Assembly (NCBI RefSeq): GCF_963921235.1
Contig: NC_086108.1
Span: 101,992,001 to 102,056,000, forward strand
Direction of reading: 5' to 3'
Length of the DNA: 64,000 bases
From: Mobula hypostoma
Lineage: Eukaryota
How positions within the stretch are numbered: position 1 is the first letter of the stretch; the number at the start of each line of letters is the position of its first letter. Under the pieces are notes generated by a model. That model saw only the letters and a program-made list of their open reading frames with translations, had not been told where the DNA came from and searched no databases. A program made the translations under genes and the position numbers. Of the stretch, positions 11,498 through 23,285 are shown in pieces.

Positions 11498-14400
11498 CAT
11501 GGAAATATAGAAACATAGAAAATAGGTGCAGGAGTAGGCCATTCGGCCCTTCGAGCCTGCACCGCCATTTATTATGATTATGGCTGATCATCCAACTCAG
11601 AACCCAGCCTTCCCTCCATACCCCCTGACCCCTGTAGCCACAAGGGCCATATCTAACTTCCTTTTAAACATAGCTAATGAACTGGCCTCAACAGTTTGCT
11701 GTGGCAGAGAATTCCACAGATTCACCACTCTCTGTGTGAAGAAGTTTTTCCTAACCTCGATCCTAAAAGGCTTCCCCTCTATCCTCAAACTGTGACCCCT
11801 CGTTCTAGACCTCCCCAACATCGGGAACAATCTTCCCGCATCTAGCCTGTCCAATCCCTTTAGGATCTTATACGTTTCAATCAGATCCCCCCTCAATCTT
11901 CTAAATTCCAACGAGTACAAGCACAGTTCATCCAGTCTTTCTTCATATGAAAGACCTGCCATCCCAGGAATCAATCTGGTGAACCTTCTTTGTACTCCCT
12001 CTATGGCAAAGATGTCTTTCCTCAGATTAGGGGACCAAAACTGCACACAATACTCCAGGTGTGGTCTCACCAAGGCCTTGTACAACTGCAGTAGTACCTC
12101 CCTGCTCCTGTACTCGAATCCTCTCGCTATAAATGCCAGCATACCGTTCGCCTTTTTCACCGCCTGCTGTACCTGCATGCCCACTTTCAATGACTGGTGT
12201 ATAATGACACCCAGGTCTCGTTGCACCTCCCCTTTTCCTAATCGGCCACCATTCAGATAATAATCTGTTTTCCTATTTTTGCCACCAATGTGGATAACTT
12301 CACATTTATCCACATTAAATTGCATCTGCCATGAATTTGCCCACTCACCCAACCTATCCAAGTCACCCTGCATCCTCTTAGCATCCTCCTCACTGCTAAC
12401 ACTGCCACCCAGCTTTGTGTCATCTGCAAACTTGGAGATGCTGCATTTAATTCCCTCATCCAAGTCATTAATATATATTGTAAACAACTGGGGTCCCAGC
12501 ACTGAGCCTTGCGGTACCCCACTAGTCACCGCCTGCCATTCTGAAAAGGTCCCGTTTATTCCCACTCTTTGCTTCCTGTCTGCTAACCAATTCTCCACCC
12601 ACACCAATACCTTACCCCCAATACCGTGTGCTTTAAGTTTGCACACTAATCTCCTGTGTGGGACCTTGTCAAAAGCCTTTTGAAAATCCAAATATACCAC
12701 ATCCACTGGTTCTCCCCTATCCACTCTACTAGTTACATCCTCAAAAAATTCTATGAGATTCGTCAGACATGATTTTCCTTTCACAAATCCATGCTGACTT
12801 TGTCCAATCATTTCACCGCTTTCCAAATGTGCTGTTATCACATCCTTGATAACTGACTCCAGCAGTTTCCCCACCACCGACGTTAGGCTAACCGGCCTAT
12901 AATTCCCCGGTTTCTCTCTCCCTCCTTTTTTAAAAAGTGGGGTTACATTAGCCACCCTCCCATCCTCAGGAACTAGTCCAGAATCTAACGAGTTTTGAAA
13001 AATTATCACTAATGCATCCACTATTTCTTGGGCCACTTCCTTAAGCATTCTGGGATGCAGACCATCTGGCCCTGGGGATTTATCTGCCTTCAATCCCTTC
13101 AATTTACCTAACACCACTTCCCTACTAACATGTATTTCGCTCAGTTCCTCCATCTCACTGGACCCTCTGTCCCTTACTATTTCTGGAAGATTATTTATGT
13201 CCTCCTTAGTGAAGACAGAACCAAAGTAATTATTCAATTGGTCTGCCATGTCCTTGCTCCCCATAATCAATTCACCTGTTTCTGTTTGCAGGGGACCTAC
13301 ATTTGTCTTTATCAGTCTTTTCCTTTTTACATATCTATAAAAGCTTTTACAGTCCGTTTTTATGTTCTCTGCCAGTTTTCTCTCATAATCTTTTTTCCCC
13401 TTCCTAATTAAGCCCTTTGTCCTCCTCTGCTGAACTCTGAATTTCTCCCAGTCCTCAGGTGAGCCACTTTCTCTGGCTAATTTGTATGCTATTTCTTTGG
13501 AATTGATACTATCCCTAATTTCTCTTGTCAGCCACGGGTGCACTACCTTCCTTGATTTATTCTTTTGCCAAACTGGGATGAACAATTGTTGTAGTTCATC
13601 CATGCAACCTTTAAATGCCTGCCATTGCATATCCACTGTCAATCCTTGAAGTGTCATTTGCCAGTCTATCTTAGCTAATTCACGTCTCATACCTTCAAAG
13701 TTACCCCTCTTTAAGTTCAGAACCTTTGTTTCTGAATTAACTACGTCACTCTCCATGTTAATGAAGAATTCCACCATATTATGGTCACTCTTACCCAAGG
13801 GGCCTCTCACGACAAGATCGCTAATTAACCCTTCCTCATTGCTCAAAACCCAGTCCAGAATAGTCTGCTCTCTCGTCGGTTCCTCGACATGTTGGTTCAA
13901 AAAACCATCCCGCATACATTCCAAGAAATCCTCTTCCTCAGCACCTTTACCAATTTGGTTCACCCAGTCTACATGTAGATTGAAGTCACCCATTATAACT
14001 GCTGTTCCTTTATTGCACACATTTCTAATTTCCTGTTTAATACCATCTCCGACCTCACTACTACTGTTAGGTGGCCTGTACACAACTCCCACCAGCGTCT
14101 TCTGCCCCTTAGTGTTACGCAGCTCTACCCATATCGATTCCACATCTTCCCGGCTTATGTCCTTCCTTTCTATTGCGTTAATCTCTTTTTTAACCAGCAA
14201 CGCCACCCCACCTCCCCTTCCTTCATGTCTATCCCTCCTGAATATTGAATATCCCTGAACGTTGAGCTCCCATCCCTGGTCACCCTGGAGCCATGTCTCT
14301 GTGATCCCAACTATATCATAATCATTAATAACAATCTGCACTTTCAATTCATCCACCTTATTACGAATGCTCCTTGCATTGACACATAAAGCCTTCAGGC

Positions 14401-14623
14401 GCTCTTTTACAACTCTCTTAGCCCTTTTTAATGCTTGCCCTGGATTTGTCGGCCTGCCACTTTTACTTTTCCCCTTTGTACTTTTTGCTTCTACGCTCAC
14501 TTTACACCCCTCTGTCTCTCTGCACTGGTTCCCATCCCTCTGTTGTGAACTAACCTCCTCACACCTAGCCGCTTTAATTTGATTCCCACCCCCCAACCAT
14601 TCTAGTTTAAAGTCACCTCAGTA
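11498..14623 (-). mobile_element. Young CR1 LINE, 5'-truncated at the end of ORF1, with 6-bp TSD GTGTTA
   Basis: GTGTTA at 11492-11497 and 14624-14629; (TTTCTATG)-type tail at ~11498-11522; uninterrupted ORF2. Confidence 0.95.
11597..14611 (-). CDS. CR1 ORF2: apurinic-like endonuclease plus reverse transcriptase (~1000 aa, uninterrupted)
   Basis: EN motifs NARS, ITETW, GDFN, LD.VL, SDH; RT motifs YRPVSLTS, QHGF, DFQKAFDKV, GVPQGSVLGP, FADD. Frame is open back through TTTAAAC at 14605-14611. The usual PEDWR motif reads PEDGR. Confidence 0.93.
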   Translation of the reverse strand, partial: FKLEWLGGGNQIKAARCEEVSSQQRDGNQCRETEGCKVSVEAKSTKGKSKSGRPTNPGQALKRAKRVVKERLKALCVNARSIRNKVDELKVQIVINDYDIVGITETWLQGDQGWELNVQGYSIFRRDRHEGRGGGVALLVKKEINAIERKDISREDVESIWVELRNTKGQKTLVGVVYRPPNSSSEVGDGIKQEIRNVCNKGTAVIMGDFNLHVDWVNQIGKGAEEEDFLECMRDGFLNQHVEEPTREQTILDWVLSNEEGLISDLVVRGPLGKSDHNMVEFFINMESDVVNSETKVLNLKRGNFEGMRRELAKIDWQMTLQGLTVDMQWQAFKGCMDELQQLFIPVWQKNKSRKVVHPWLTREIRDSINSKEIAYKLARESGSPEDWEKFRVQQRRTKGLIRKGKKDYERKLAENIKTDCKSFYRYVKRKRLIKTNVGPLQTETGELIMGSKDMADQLNNYFGSVFTKEDINNLPEIVRDRGSSEMEELSEIHVSREVVLGKLKGLKADKSPGPDGLHPRMLKEVAQEIVDALVIIFQNSLDSGLVPEDGRVANVTPLFKKGGREKPGNYRPVSLTSVVGKLLESVIKDVITAHLESGEMIGQSQHGFVKGKSCLTNLIEFFEDVTSRVDRGEPVDVVYLDFQKAFDKVPHRRLVCKLKAHGIGGKVLVWVENWLADRKQRVGINGTFSEWQAVTSGVPQGSVLGPQLFTIYINDLDEGIKCSISKFADDTKLGGSVSSEEDAKRMQGDLDRLGEWANSWQMQFNVDKCEVIHIGGKNRKTDYYLNGGRLGKGEVQRDLGVIIHQSLKVGMQVQQAVKKANGMLAFIARGFEYRSREVLLQLYKALVRPHLEYCVQFWSPNLRKDIFAIEGVQRRFTRLIPGMAGLSYEERLDELCLYSLEFRRLRGDLIETYKILKGLDRLDAGRLFPMLGRSRTRGHSLRIEGKPFRIEVRKNFFTQRVVNLWNSLPQQTVEASSLAMFKRKLDMALVATGVRGYGGKAGF

Positions 14624-15131
14624 GTGTTATTTGGCATGATCTGGTAGGTTATTTTTGGGTCTGCGAACGCTCACCAAATTTTCCCATATAAATAAATGGT
14701 AATTGCTTCTTCGCTTTTCGACATTTCGGCTTACGAACCATTTCATAGGAACGCTCTACTTTCGGATGGCGGGAGAAACCTGTAATACCATCCACAAATT
14801 CGTAAGGAAGCTCAAGTCACAGCTTATGCGGGTCAAAGATGACCCGTGATTCAGGTCGGCTGGTGTTCACATGATTCCTTATGAATGCTGAGCACCATAC
14901 ATGGGCCAGGTGGGACACACAGTGGAAGGCCATATGAAGGAGCATAGGGGATGTATCCTTTTGGGTTATCCGGAAAAACTGGCGGTAGCAGAACACGGCA
15001 TTCACAATAGCTTTGGATTGAATTCAGTGGCACAAACTAAATTTTCCTGTCCTCATTGATTCTATCCTTCTCCATGATAATTATAAAGGCCAGGGAGCGG
15101 TGGTCACTGTCCCCCAGATGCTCACCCACTG

Positions 15132-17735
15132 AGGGGGATGAGACACAGAGCGATAGAGCAGTGAAAGAAGTGCATGGAGTAAAGCCAGATCTAACATACA
15201 GAGAGGCTTTGAGGAAAGAGAAGCAGAATAAACGGTGTAAAGACAGTAAGGTAGAAGGGCTGAAATGTGTGTACCTCAATGCAAGAAGCATCAGGAACAA
15301 AGGTGATGAACTGAGAGCTTGGATACATACATGGAATTATGATGTAGTGGCCATTACAGAGACTTGGCTGGCACCAGGGCACGAATGGATTCTCAATATT
15401 CCTGGATTTCAGTGCTTTAAAAGGGATAGAGAGGGCGGAAAAAGGGGAGGAAGGGTGGCATTACTGGTCAGGGATACCATTACAGCTACAGAAAGGGTGA
15501 GTAATGTAGCAGGATCCTCTTTTGAGTCAATATGGGTGGAAGTCAGGAACAGGAAGGGAGCAGTTACTCTACAGCGGGTATTCTATAGGCCCCCTGGTAG
15601 TAGCAGAGATACAGAGGAGCAGATTAGGAGGCAGATTTTGGAAGGTGCAAAAATAACAGGGTTGTTATCATCGGTGACTTTAACTTCCCTAATATTGATT
15701 GGCACCTGATTAGTTCCAAGGGTTTAGATGGGGCAGAATTTGTTAAGTGTGTCCAGGATGGATTCCTGTCACAGTATGTGGACAGGCCGACCAGGGGAAT
15801 GCCATACTAGATCTACTACTAGGTAACGAACCGGGTCAGGTCACAGATCTCTCAGTGGGTGAGCATCTGGGGGACAGTGACCACCGCTCCCTGGCCTTTA
15901 TAATTATCATGGAAAAGGATAGAATCAAAAAGAACAGGAAAATTTTTAATTGGGGAAAGGCAAATTATGAGGCTATAAGGCTAGAACTTGCGGGTGTGAA
16001 TTGGGATGATGTTTTTGCAGGGAAATGTACTATGGACATGTGGTCGATGTTTAGGGATCTCTTGCGGGATGTAAGGGATAAATTTGTCCCGGTGAGGAAG
16101 ATAAAGAATGGTAGGGTGAAGGAACCATGGGTGACAAGTGAGGTGGAAAATCTAGTCAGGAGGAAGAAGGCAGCATTCATGAGGTTTAGGAAGCAAGGAT
16201 TAGATGGGTCTATTGAGGAATATAGGGAAGCAAGAAAGGAGCTTAAGAAGGGGCTGAGAAGAGCAAGAAGGGGGCATGAGAAGGCCTTGGAGAGTAGGGT
16301 AAAGGAAAACCCCAAGGCATTCTTCAATTAGGTGAAGAAAAAAAGGATGACAGGAGTGAAGGTAGGACCGATTAGAGATAAAGGTGGGAAGATGTGCCTG
16401 GAGGCTGTGGAAGTGAGCGAGGTCCTCAATGAATACTTCTCTTCAGTATTCACCAATGAGAGAGAACTTGATGATGGTGAGGACAATATGAGTGAGGTTG
16501 ATGTTCTGGAGCATGCTGATATTAAGAGAGAGGAGGTGTTGGAGTTGTTAAAATACATTAGGACAGATAACTCCCCGGGGCCTGACGGAATATTCCCCAG
16601 GCTGCTCCATGAGGCGAGAGAAAAGATTGTTGAGCCTCTGGCTAGGATCTTTATGTCCTCGTTGTCCACGGGAATGGTACCGGAGGATTGGAGGGAGGCG
16701 AATGTTGTCCACTTGTTTAAAAAAGGTAGTACGGATAGTCCGGGTAATTATAGACCAGTGAGCCTTACGTCTGTGGTGGGAAAGCTGTTGGAAAAGATTC
16801 TTAGAGATAGGATCTATAGGCATTTGGAGAATCATGGTCTGATCAGGGACAGTCAGCATGGCTTTGTGAAGGGCAGATCATGTCTAACAAGCCTGACAGA
16901 GTTCTTTGAGGAGGTGACCAGGCATATAGATGAGGGTAGTGCAATGGATGTGATCTATATGGATTTTAGTAAGGCATTTGACAAGGTTCCACACAGTAGG
17001 CTTATTCAGAAAGTTAGAAGGCATGGGATCCAGGGAAGTTTGGCCAGGTGGATTCAGAATTGGCTTGCCTGCAGAAGGCAGAGAGTGGTGGTGGAGGGAG
17101 TACATTCAGATTGGAGGATTGTGACTAGTGGTGTCCCACGAGGATCTGTTCTGTGACCTCTACTTTTCGTGATTTTTATTAATGACCTGGATGTTGGGGT
17201 AGAAGGGTGGGTTGGCAAGTTTGCAGACGACACAAAGGTCAGTGGTGTTGTAGATAGTGTAGAGGATTGTCAAGGATTGCAGAGAGACATTGATAGGATG
17301 CAGAAGTGGGCTGAGAAATTGCAGATGGAGTTCAACCCGGAGAAGTGTGAGGTGGTACACTTTGGAAGGACAAACTCCAAGGCAGAGTACAAAGTAAATG
17401 GCAGGATACTTGGTAGTGTGGAGGAGCAGAGGGATCTCGGAGTACATGTCCACAGATCCCTGAAAGTTGCCTCACAGGTGGATAGGGTAGTTAAGAAAGC
17501 TTATGGGGTGTTAGCTTTCATAAGTCGAGGGATAGAGTTTAAGAGTCGCGATGTAATGATGCAGCTCTATAAAACTCTGGTTAGACCACACTTGGAGTAT
17601 TGTGTCCAGTTCTGGTCACCTCACTAGAGGAAGGATGTGGAAGCATTGGAAAGGGTACAGAGGAGATTTACCAGGATGCTGCCTGGTTTAGAAAGTATGC
17701 ATTATGATCAGAGATTAAAGGAGCTAGGGCTTTAC
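15132..17735 (+). mobile_element. CR1 LINE ORF2 (EN+RT), disrupted by stops and frameshifts, preceded by an inverted internal duplicate at ~15039-15131
   Basis: ORF pieces 15056-15709, 15747-16331, 16332-17156, 17169-17627; in-frame stops at ~16329, ~17154, ~17625. Confidence 0.92.
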
Positions 17736-17771
17736 CTGATGGGCCACAAGGCTCGGGACAGACTTAACTTA

Positions 17772-18680
17772 ACTAAATATAGTATTACTGGTAAGACTCT
17801 TGGCAGTGTGGAAGATCAGAGGGATCTTGGGGTCCAAGTCCATAGGACACTCAAAGCTGTTGCGCAGGTTGACTCTATGGTTAAGAACGCATGTGGTGTA
17901 TTGGCCTTCATCAACCGTGAGATTGAGTTTAAGATCCGAGCTGTATAGGACCCTTGGCAGACCTCACTTGGAGTACTGTACTCACTTCTGGTCACCTCAC
18001 TACAGGAAGGTTGTGGAAAGGGTGCAGAGGAGATTTACAAGGATGTTGCCTGAATTGGGGAGCATGCCTTATGAGAATAAGCTGAGTGAACTTGGCCTTT
18101 TCTCCTTGGAGCAACGAAGGATGAGAGGTGACCTGACAGAGGTGTAAAAGATGATGAGAGGCATTGATCGTGTGGATAGTCAGAGGCTTTTTCCCATGGC
18201 TAAAATGGCTAACATGAGAGGGTACAGTTTTAAGGTGCTTGGAAGTAGGTACAGAGATAATGTCAGGGGTAAGTTTTTTACGCAGAGAGTGGTGAGTGCG
18301 TGGAATGAGCTGCCGGTGATGGTGGTGGAAGTGGATACGATAGGGTCTTTTAAGAGACTCCTGGATAGGTACATGGAGCTTAGAAAAATAGAGGGCTATG
18401 GGTAACCCTAGGTCATTTCTACAGTAAGTACATGTTCAACATTGCATTGTAGGCCGAAGGGCTTGTATTGTGCTGCAGGTTTTCTATGTTTCTATGCTTC
18501 TATATATTTAAGGCAGGGCTTGATCAATTCTTGATTGGACACTGCATCAAAGGTTACGAGGAGAAGGCTGGGGAGTGGGTGGGCTGAGGGGGGGAAAGGA
18601 TCAGTCATGCTTGAATGGTGGAGCAGACTCAATGGGTCAAATGGCCTAATTCTGCTCCTATGTCTCTTTGTTTAATGGTC
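17772..18680 (+). mobile_element. CR1 (HER1-like) 3' portion with (TTTCTATG)n tail (~17772-18500), followed by another CR1 3' end
   Basis: [28 protein letters not shown]; tail at ~18480-18500; second tail ending ggtcttat at ~18680. Confidence 0.85.
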
Positions 18681-18849
18681 TTATTGACCTCTCTTCTGAA
18701 GCAGCATGACCAAAACTGAACACAATTTTTCAGTACTTCCCAGTGTTTTGTACAACTGCAACATTGCATCCCAGCTGCTGTACTCAGTATATCAGCAATA
18801 TGGGCAGCTTAGTAAAGGTCCTTACACCTCTAGATGTTTAGTATAAACA

Positions 18850-20290
18850 TCTCCATCATTACCCAGACATCCACGCTCGCCCCATCTTCCCGCAGCCTTA
18901 ACAGGGATAGAGTTCCTCTTGTCCTCACCTACCACCCCATCAGGCTTCACTTCAACACATCACTCTCTGTAACTTTTACCATCTTCAACAGGATCCTAGC
19001 ACCAAACATCTCATTACCTCCCCCACCCTCCACTCTTCACTTTCCACAAGGATCACTCCCTTCATGATTCTCTGTTCATTCATCCCTCCTCACTAATCTC
19101 CCTCCTCGCACATATCACTGCAAACTACAGAAATGCTACACCTGCCCATTTGCCACATCACTCACTTCCATTCATGGCCCTAAACAGTCCTTCCAGGTGA
19201 AGCAACACCTCGCCCTGCGAATCTGTTGTGATAGTCTGGTATATCCAGTACTTTTGACGTGGCATCCTCTATGTTGGTGACGCCTGACTTACAATGAGAG
19301 ACGGCTTTGACGACCACTCCGTCCCATCCGCCAAAAGCAAAGTTTCCTGGTGGCCCACAATTTTAATTCCTATTCCAATTCCTGTTCCAACATATTGTTC
19401 CATGGCCTCCTCTTTTGCCCTGATGAGGCTACCTCAGGGTGGAGTAGCAACACCTCATTATCCATCCAGGTAGCCTCCAACCTGATGGCAGAAGAATCTG
19501 TTTCTCCTTCTGTTATTTTTTTCCACCCCTCCTTCCCTTTTTCATTCCCCACTCTGGCCTCTGACCTCTTCTACTCACCTGCCTATCATCTCCCCCAAGT
19601 GCACCTCCTTCTTCTGTTTCTCTGTGGTCCACTATCCTCGCCAGTCAAATTCCTTTCTCTCCAGCCCTTTACCTTTCAAACCCACCTGGCTTCACCTATC
19701 ACCTTCCAGCTGGTCCTTCTTCCCCTCCCCCATCGTTTTATTCTGACATCTTCCCCTTCCTCTCCAGTCCTGAAGAAGAGCCTCGCCCAAAGGGTCAACT
19801 GTTTATTCATTTCCATAGCCTGACCTGCTGGGTTTCTCCAGCACTGTGTGTGTGTGTGTGTGTGTTGCTTTGGATTTCCAGCATCTACAGAACCTCTTGT
19901 CTTTAGTGCAACATACTCAAAATACTGGAAGAACTTAGCAGGCCAAGCAGCAATCTATGGAAAAAAGCATAGTTTAGGGCTGAAATACTTCAGCAGGATT
20001 CTGCCTGGCCTGCTGAGTTCCTCGAGCATTTTGTGTGTGTTGCTCAGATTTCCAGAGTCTGCAGATTTTCTCTTGTTTGTGATTTGATTACTACTCTGTG
20101 AAGTTTCTTCCAGGGATGCCTACCCTGAAGAAGTTTAAATCTTCCCTTTGATGGGATTTCGGTGGAACTCTCTCACTTCTCCCCTACTGTGATCCCTACT
20201 GCTCTCCAGATGCTGCCAGGCCTGCTGAGTTCCTCCAGCATTTTCTGTGTGTTCCTCAGATTTCCAACGCCTGCAGATTTTCTCTTGTGT
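18850..20290 (+). mobile_element. Old Neptune-type Penelope 3' part plus a cluster of repeated and inverted Penelope termini
   Basis: NRDRVPLVLTYHP, KQSFQV, DEAT peptides; degenerate hammerhead at ~19766-19800; terminal motif cctgctgagttcctccagcattt..gtgttg recurs in both orientations at 19820-20290. Confidence 0.75.
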
Positions 20291-20524
20291 TTAGTAAAAG
20301 TCTGATTATCATATGTTTCAGTAAATGGAGCTTAAGCTCTATAACGTGCCCATACACAAGCATCATCTATATACTGTTATTGGTGACTAATGTTGGAGTG
20401 AGTTTGGCTCTGGAGTAAAGGACAAACACTCTGATTTGTCCTATAGATTAACCCCATTCAAAGGAGAAACTTGTTAGAGATGATATGCAGCATTGTATTG
20501 AGGAAGATTGAAGAGCGGTTTGGA

Positions 20525-21940
20525 ACCAGAATCAGGTTTAATATCGCTGCTATATGTCATGAAATTTGTGGTTTTGCAACAACAGTACATTGCAACACAT
20601 AAAAATAAAAGCTATAAATTACAATAAGAAGTATACATAAAAAAGAAAATTAAATTAAATAAGCAGTGCAAAAGAGAGGGAAAAATACTGAGGGTATTTT
20701 TGAGGGTACAATGGGTTCATTGTCCATTCAGAAATCTGACGGCAGAAGGGAAGAAGCTGTTCCTGAAACATTGAGTGTGCGTTTTTAGACTCCTGTGCCT
20801 CCTTCTTGATGGTAACAATGAGATGAGGGCATGTCCCGGGTGACAAGGGTCCTTAATGATGGATGCCACCTTTTTGAGACATCATCTTTTGAAGGTGTTC
20901 TGGATGCTGGGGAGGCGAATACTTTTGATGAAGCTGGCTGCGTTTACAACTTTTTGCAGCTTTCTCTGATCCTGTGCAGTGGTCCTTCCATAGCAGACGG
21001 TGAAGCAACCAGTTTGAATGCTCTCCATAGTACATCTGTAGGAATTTGCGAGCATCTTTGGTGACATACCACTTCTCAAACTCCTAATGAAAAGTTTAGT
21101 TGATGTCATAGCTTCTTTGTAATTGCATCAGTTTGTTGGGCACAGATGTTGACAACAGTTAAGAACTTGAAACTGCTCACCCTTTCCACTCCAATCCCTT
21201 GATGAGGACTGGTGTGCGTTCCCTCAACTTCCCCTTCCTGAAGTCACAATTAATTTTTGGTCCTGCTGACATTGAGTGCAAAGTTGTTGCTGTGACGCCT
21301 TCAATCAGTTGATCTATCTCGCTCCTGGACACCACCTCATCACCATCTGAAATCCTGCCAACAGTAGTTGCGTTGTTGGCAAATTTATAGATGGCATCAG
21401 CTATATTTCATTTATAGATGATATTTGAGTTGTGCCTAGCCACATAATTGAGCATGTAGAGATAGTAGAGCAGTGGGTTAGGCATGCATCCTTGAGGTGC
21501 ACCAGTGTTGGTTGTCTGTGAGGAGGAGAGGTTATTTCTGATCAAAATAGACTGCGGTCTCCTGATGAGGAAGTCAAGGATCCATTTGCAGAAGGAGGTA
21601 CAAAGGCCCAGGTTTTGGAGCTTGTTGATTGGAACTGAGGGTATGATTGTGTTGAATGCTGAGCTGTAGTCAATAAACTGCAGCCTAATGTAGGTAGTAC
21701 TACTGTCCAGGCTGAGTAGAGGGCCAGTAAGATTGCATCTGTGTAGACATTGTGGTGATAGGTAAGTTGCATTGCGGCCAAGTGCTTGCTTAGGCAAGAG
21801 TTGAAATCTAGACACGACCAGCCTCTCAAAGCTCTTCATCACAGTAGGTGTGAGTGCACACTGAGCAAAAGTCTTTGAGGTAGCTTACCCTGCTCATCTT
21901 GGGTTCTGGTATGATTGTTGCTCTTTTGAAGCAGGTGGAA
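20525..21940 (-). mobile_element. Rex1/Babar-type LINE, degenerate RT to 3' tail
   Basis: MKSFERLV, FIDYSSAFNTI, GAPQGC, YRCTMESI..CFTVCYG, FRNSFFP; tail aaacctgattctg on the minus strand at ~20525. Confidence 0.85.
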
Positions 21941-22189
21941 CCCAGTATGCACTGATTATGGGTCTGTGCTGGACTCCGTGATTAAGATAATGGCTTGTAT
22001 GTCATTGTGGAACTATTGTAGTATATCAATGAAGGCATACAATTTTGACAATATTTCTCATTTGAAGAGTTTTTTAAAGACTGAAATAGCTATTTACAGT
22101 ACATTGGTTACCAGTCCTTCAAATTTCTTGGATTTCGTTGTGACCCTTGAGGGGCAAAATCCTCATGGCAGCTCTAATACTTCGTCCAC

Positions 22190-22740
22190 ATGAAGGAGGG
22201 AGATGAGGACAATTCTTGAGAAGCCTTTCTCAGAGCAGACAACAAGGAGATTCCTCTGGGACCAATCTCCTTTCTAGAAGATGGTCACAATGATGCTACT
22301 GTCATATCCCTGATTCCCAGAGCAGTGGGATGAGCTCATGAATTCATACTGGAACTACTCCATCTTGTTCAGTATTTCAGCAGGGATTTTATTTGGTCTG
22401 CAGGCTTTGATGTTTATCAGCTGTAGAGTGGCATTTTTAACCTTTGATGCTGCAGTTATATGGGATTCTGTGCTGTGGAACTGAATCAAGGATCAATCTC
22501 AAATACAATCTCAGTTGAGGAGATCTTGGAAGTGCTCCTTCTAGTGGGCAATGACTGCCACTCATGACTCTCAGTAGCTGTTCCTGTGGGCGTGTTGGCT
22601 AGTGACAGCCCTAAAGAATCTCTGCATTTCAAGACTATTAGCCACTTGCAGGCTTTTATTTCTACACATAATTGGTGCTGTAGATCACAGGTCCCGAGCT
22701 CCATCCTTGATCCTTTGGTTGTTCTCATTAAACTATGCTA
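22190..22740 (-). mobile_element. RTE (BovB-like) LINE fossil
   Basis: Degenerate (W)FNENNQ, IPAEIL, IHELI, SIIVTIF.KGD, RGISLLSA peptides on the minus strand. Confidence 0.6.
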
Positions 22741-23104
22741 ATGCATGTTGCACAGAAAGACAAGTATCTCTTGACGAGGGCACATTGTTTGACCAGTGGC
22801 CAATCCAGACATCGGAAGTTTTGCGAGGAGGGGATTTTTTTAATCAGGCCTACTGCCTGGGAACAAAAGTCAGCAGTCAGTTGCAACAGTGAAAAAGAGG
22901 TATGACCAGTGGCCAATCAGTGTTTGGGATGATTGAAGAAGAGCAAATTAAAGGAAGGTAGGGACAAGCGCAGTGACCATCACACCTGTGGCCGTTGTCT
23001 AAACAGAATCAGAGTAGTGATCTTGAGTTTTCAGCAAAAAGTGGAAGCCAGTGAAGTCAGAGAAAATAAATGAAAAGAAAAGCTTGTTTTTTTTCTCTTC
23101 CCTT

Positions 23105-23285
23105 CCTATTTTTAACTGTTGTGTCTTGAAGGTTCATGATTTTAAATGGTGGGAAGTCAACAGTGAGTGTTTCTGAGGAAAGTCTAATTACTCCCCTTGA
23201 TTTGACCCTGCTGAAACTTCCTCATTGCGCCACAAGCTATTTTCCTCCTTGACCGGAGGCTTTACTGAGTGTTTTTCAATACGCC
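23105..23285 (-). pseudogene. CLCA: Decayed CLCA exon, paralogous to the intact penultimate exon (8911-9138)
   Basis: Acceptor ttttcaaacAG (23286-23287), same phase 1. GRIEKHSVKPPVKEEN, frameshift, LVAQ*GSFSRVKSRGVIRLSSETLTVDFPPFKIMNLQDT. Nucleotide match tgattt(g/c)accctgctgaaa(c/a)ttcct with ~9053-9077. 3' part lost. Confidence 0.85.

Larger units (their letters stand above)
9776..14782 (+). mobile_element. Tigger/pogo-type non-autonomous DNA transposon (interrupted by an LTR fragment and a CR1)
   Basis: TA TSD at 9774-9775 and 14783-14784; imperfect TIRs CAGGTGTCACCCGCTTTTCGAA / CAGGTTTCTCCCGCCATCCGAA; CENP-B-like HTH start KGVTLMVKLDIIKHFDRGERSKD at ~10050-10120. Confidence 0.85.
9360..15040. 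mobile_element. Old Penelope (Poseidon-like) fossil as an inverted pair: minus copy ~9360-9640; plus copy ~9685-9775 continuing at 14783-15040
   Basis: Both arms encode TV(S/T)GRIT(K/R).LKK(Y)QI...KLKSQLM(Q/R)VKDD. The plus arm continues into a degenerate GIY-YIG (GVHMIP.EC..YMGQVG..VE..MKEH...LAVAEH). Confidence 0.75.

Noticed and set aside
11979..14258. Plus-strand ORFs overlapping CR1 ORF2 (and similar antisense ORFs over other TEs)
   Set aside because: Antisense shadows of repeat coding sequence; no independent coding evidence.
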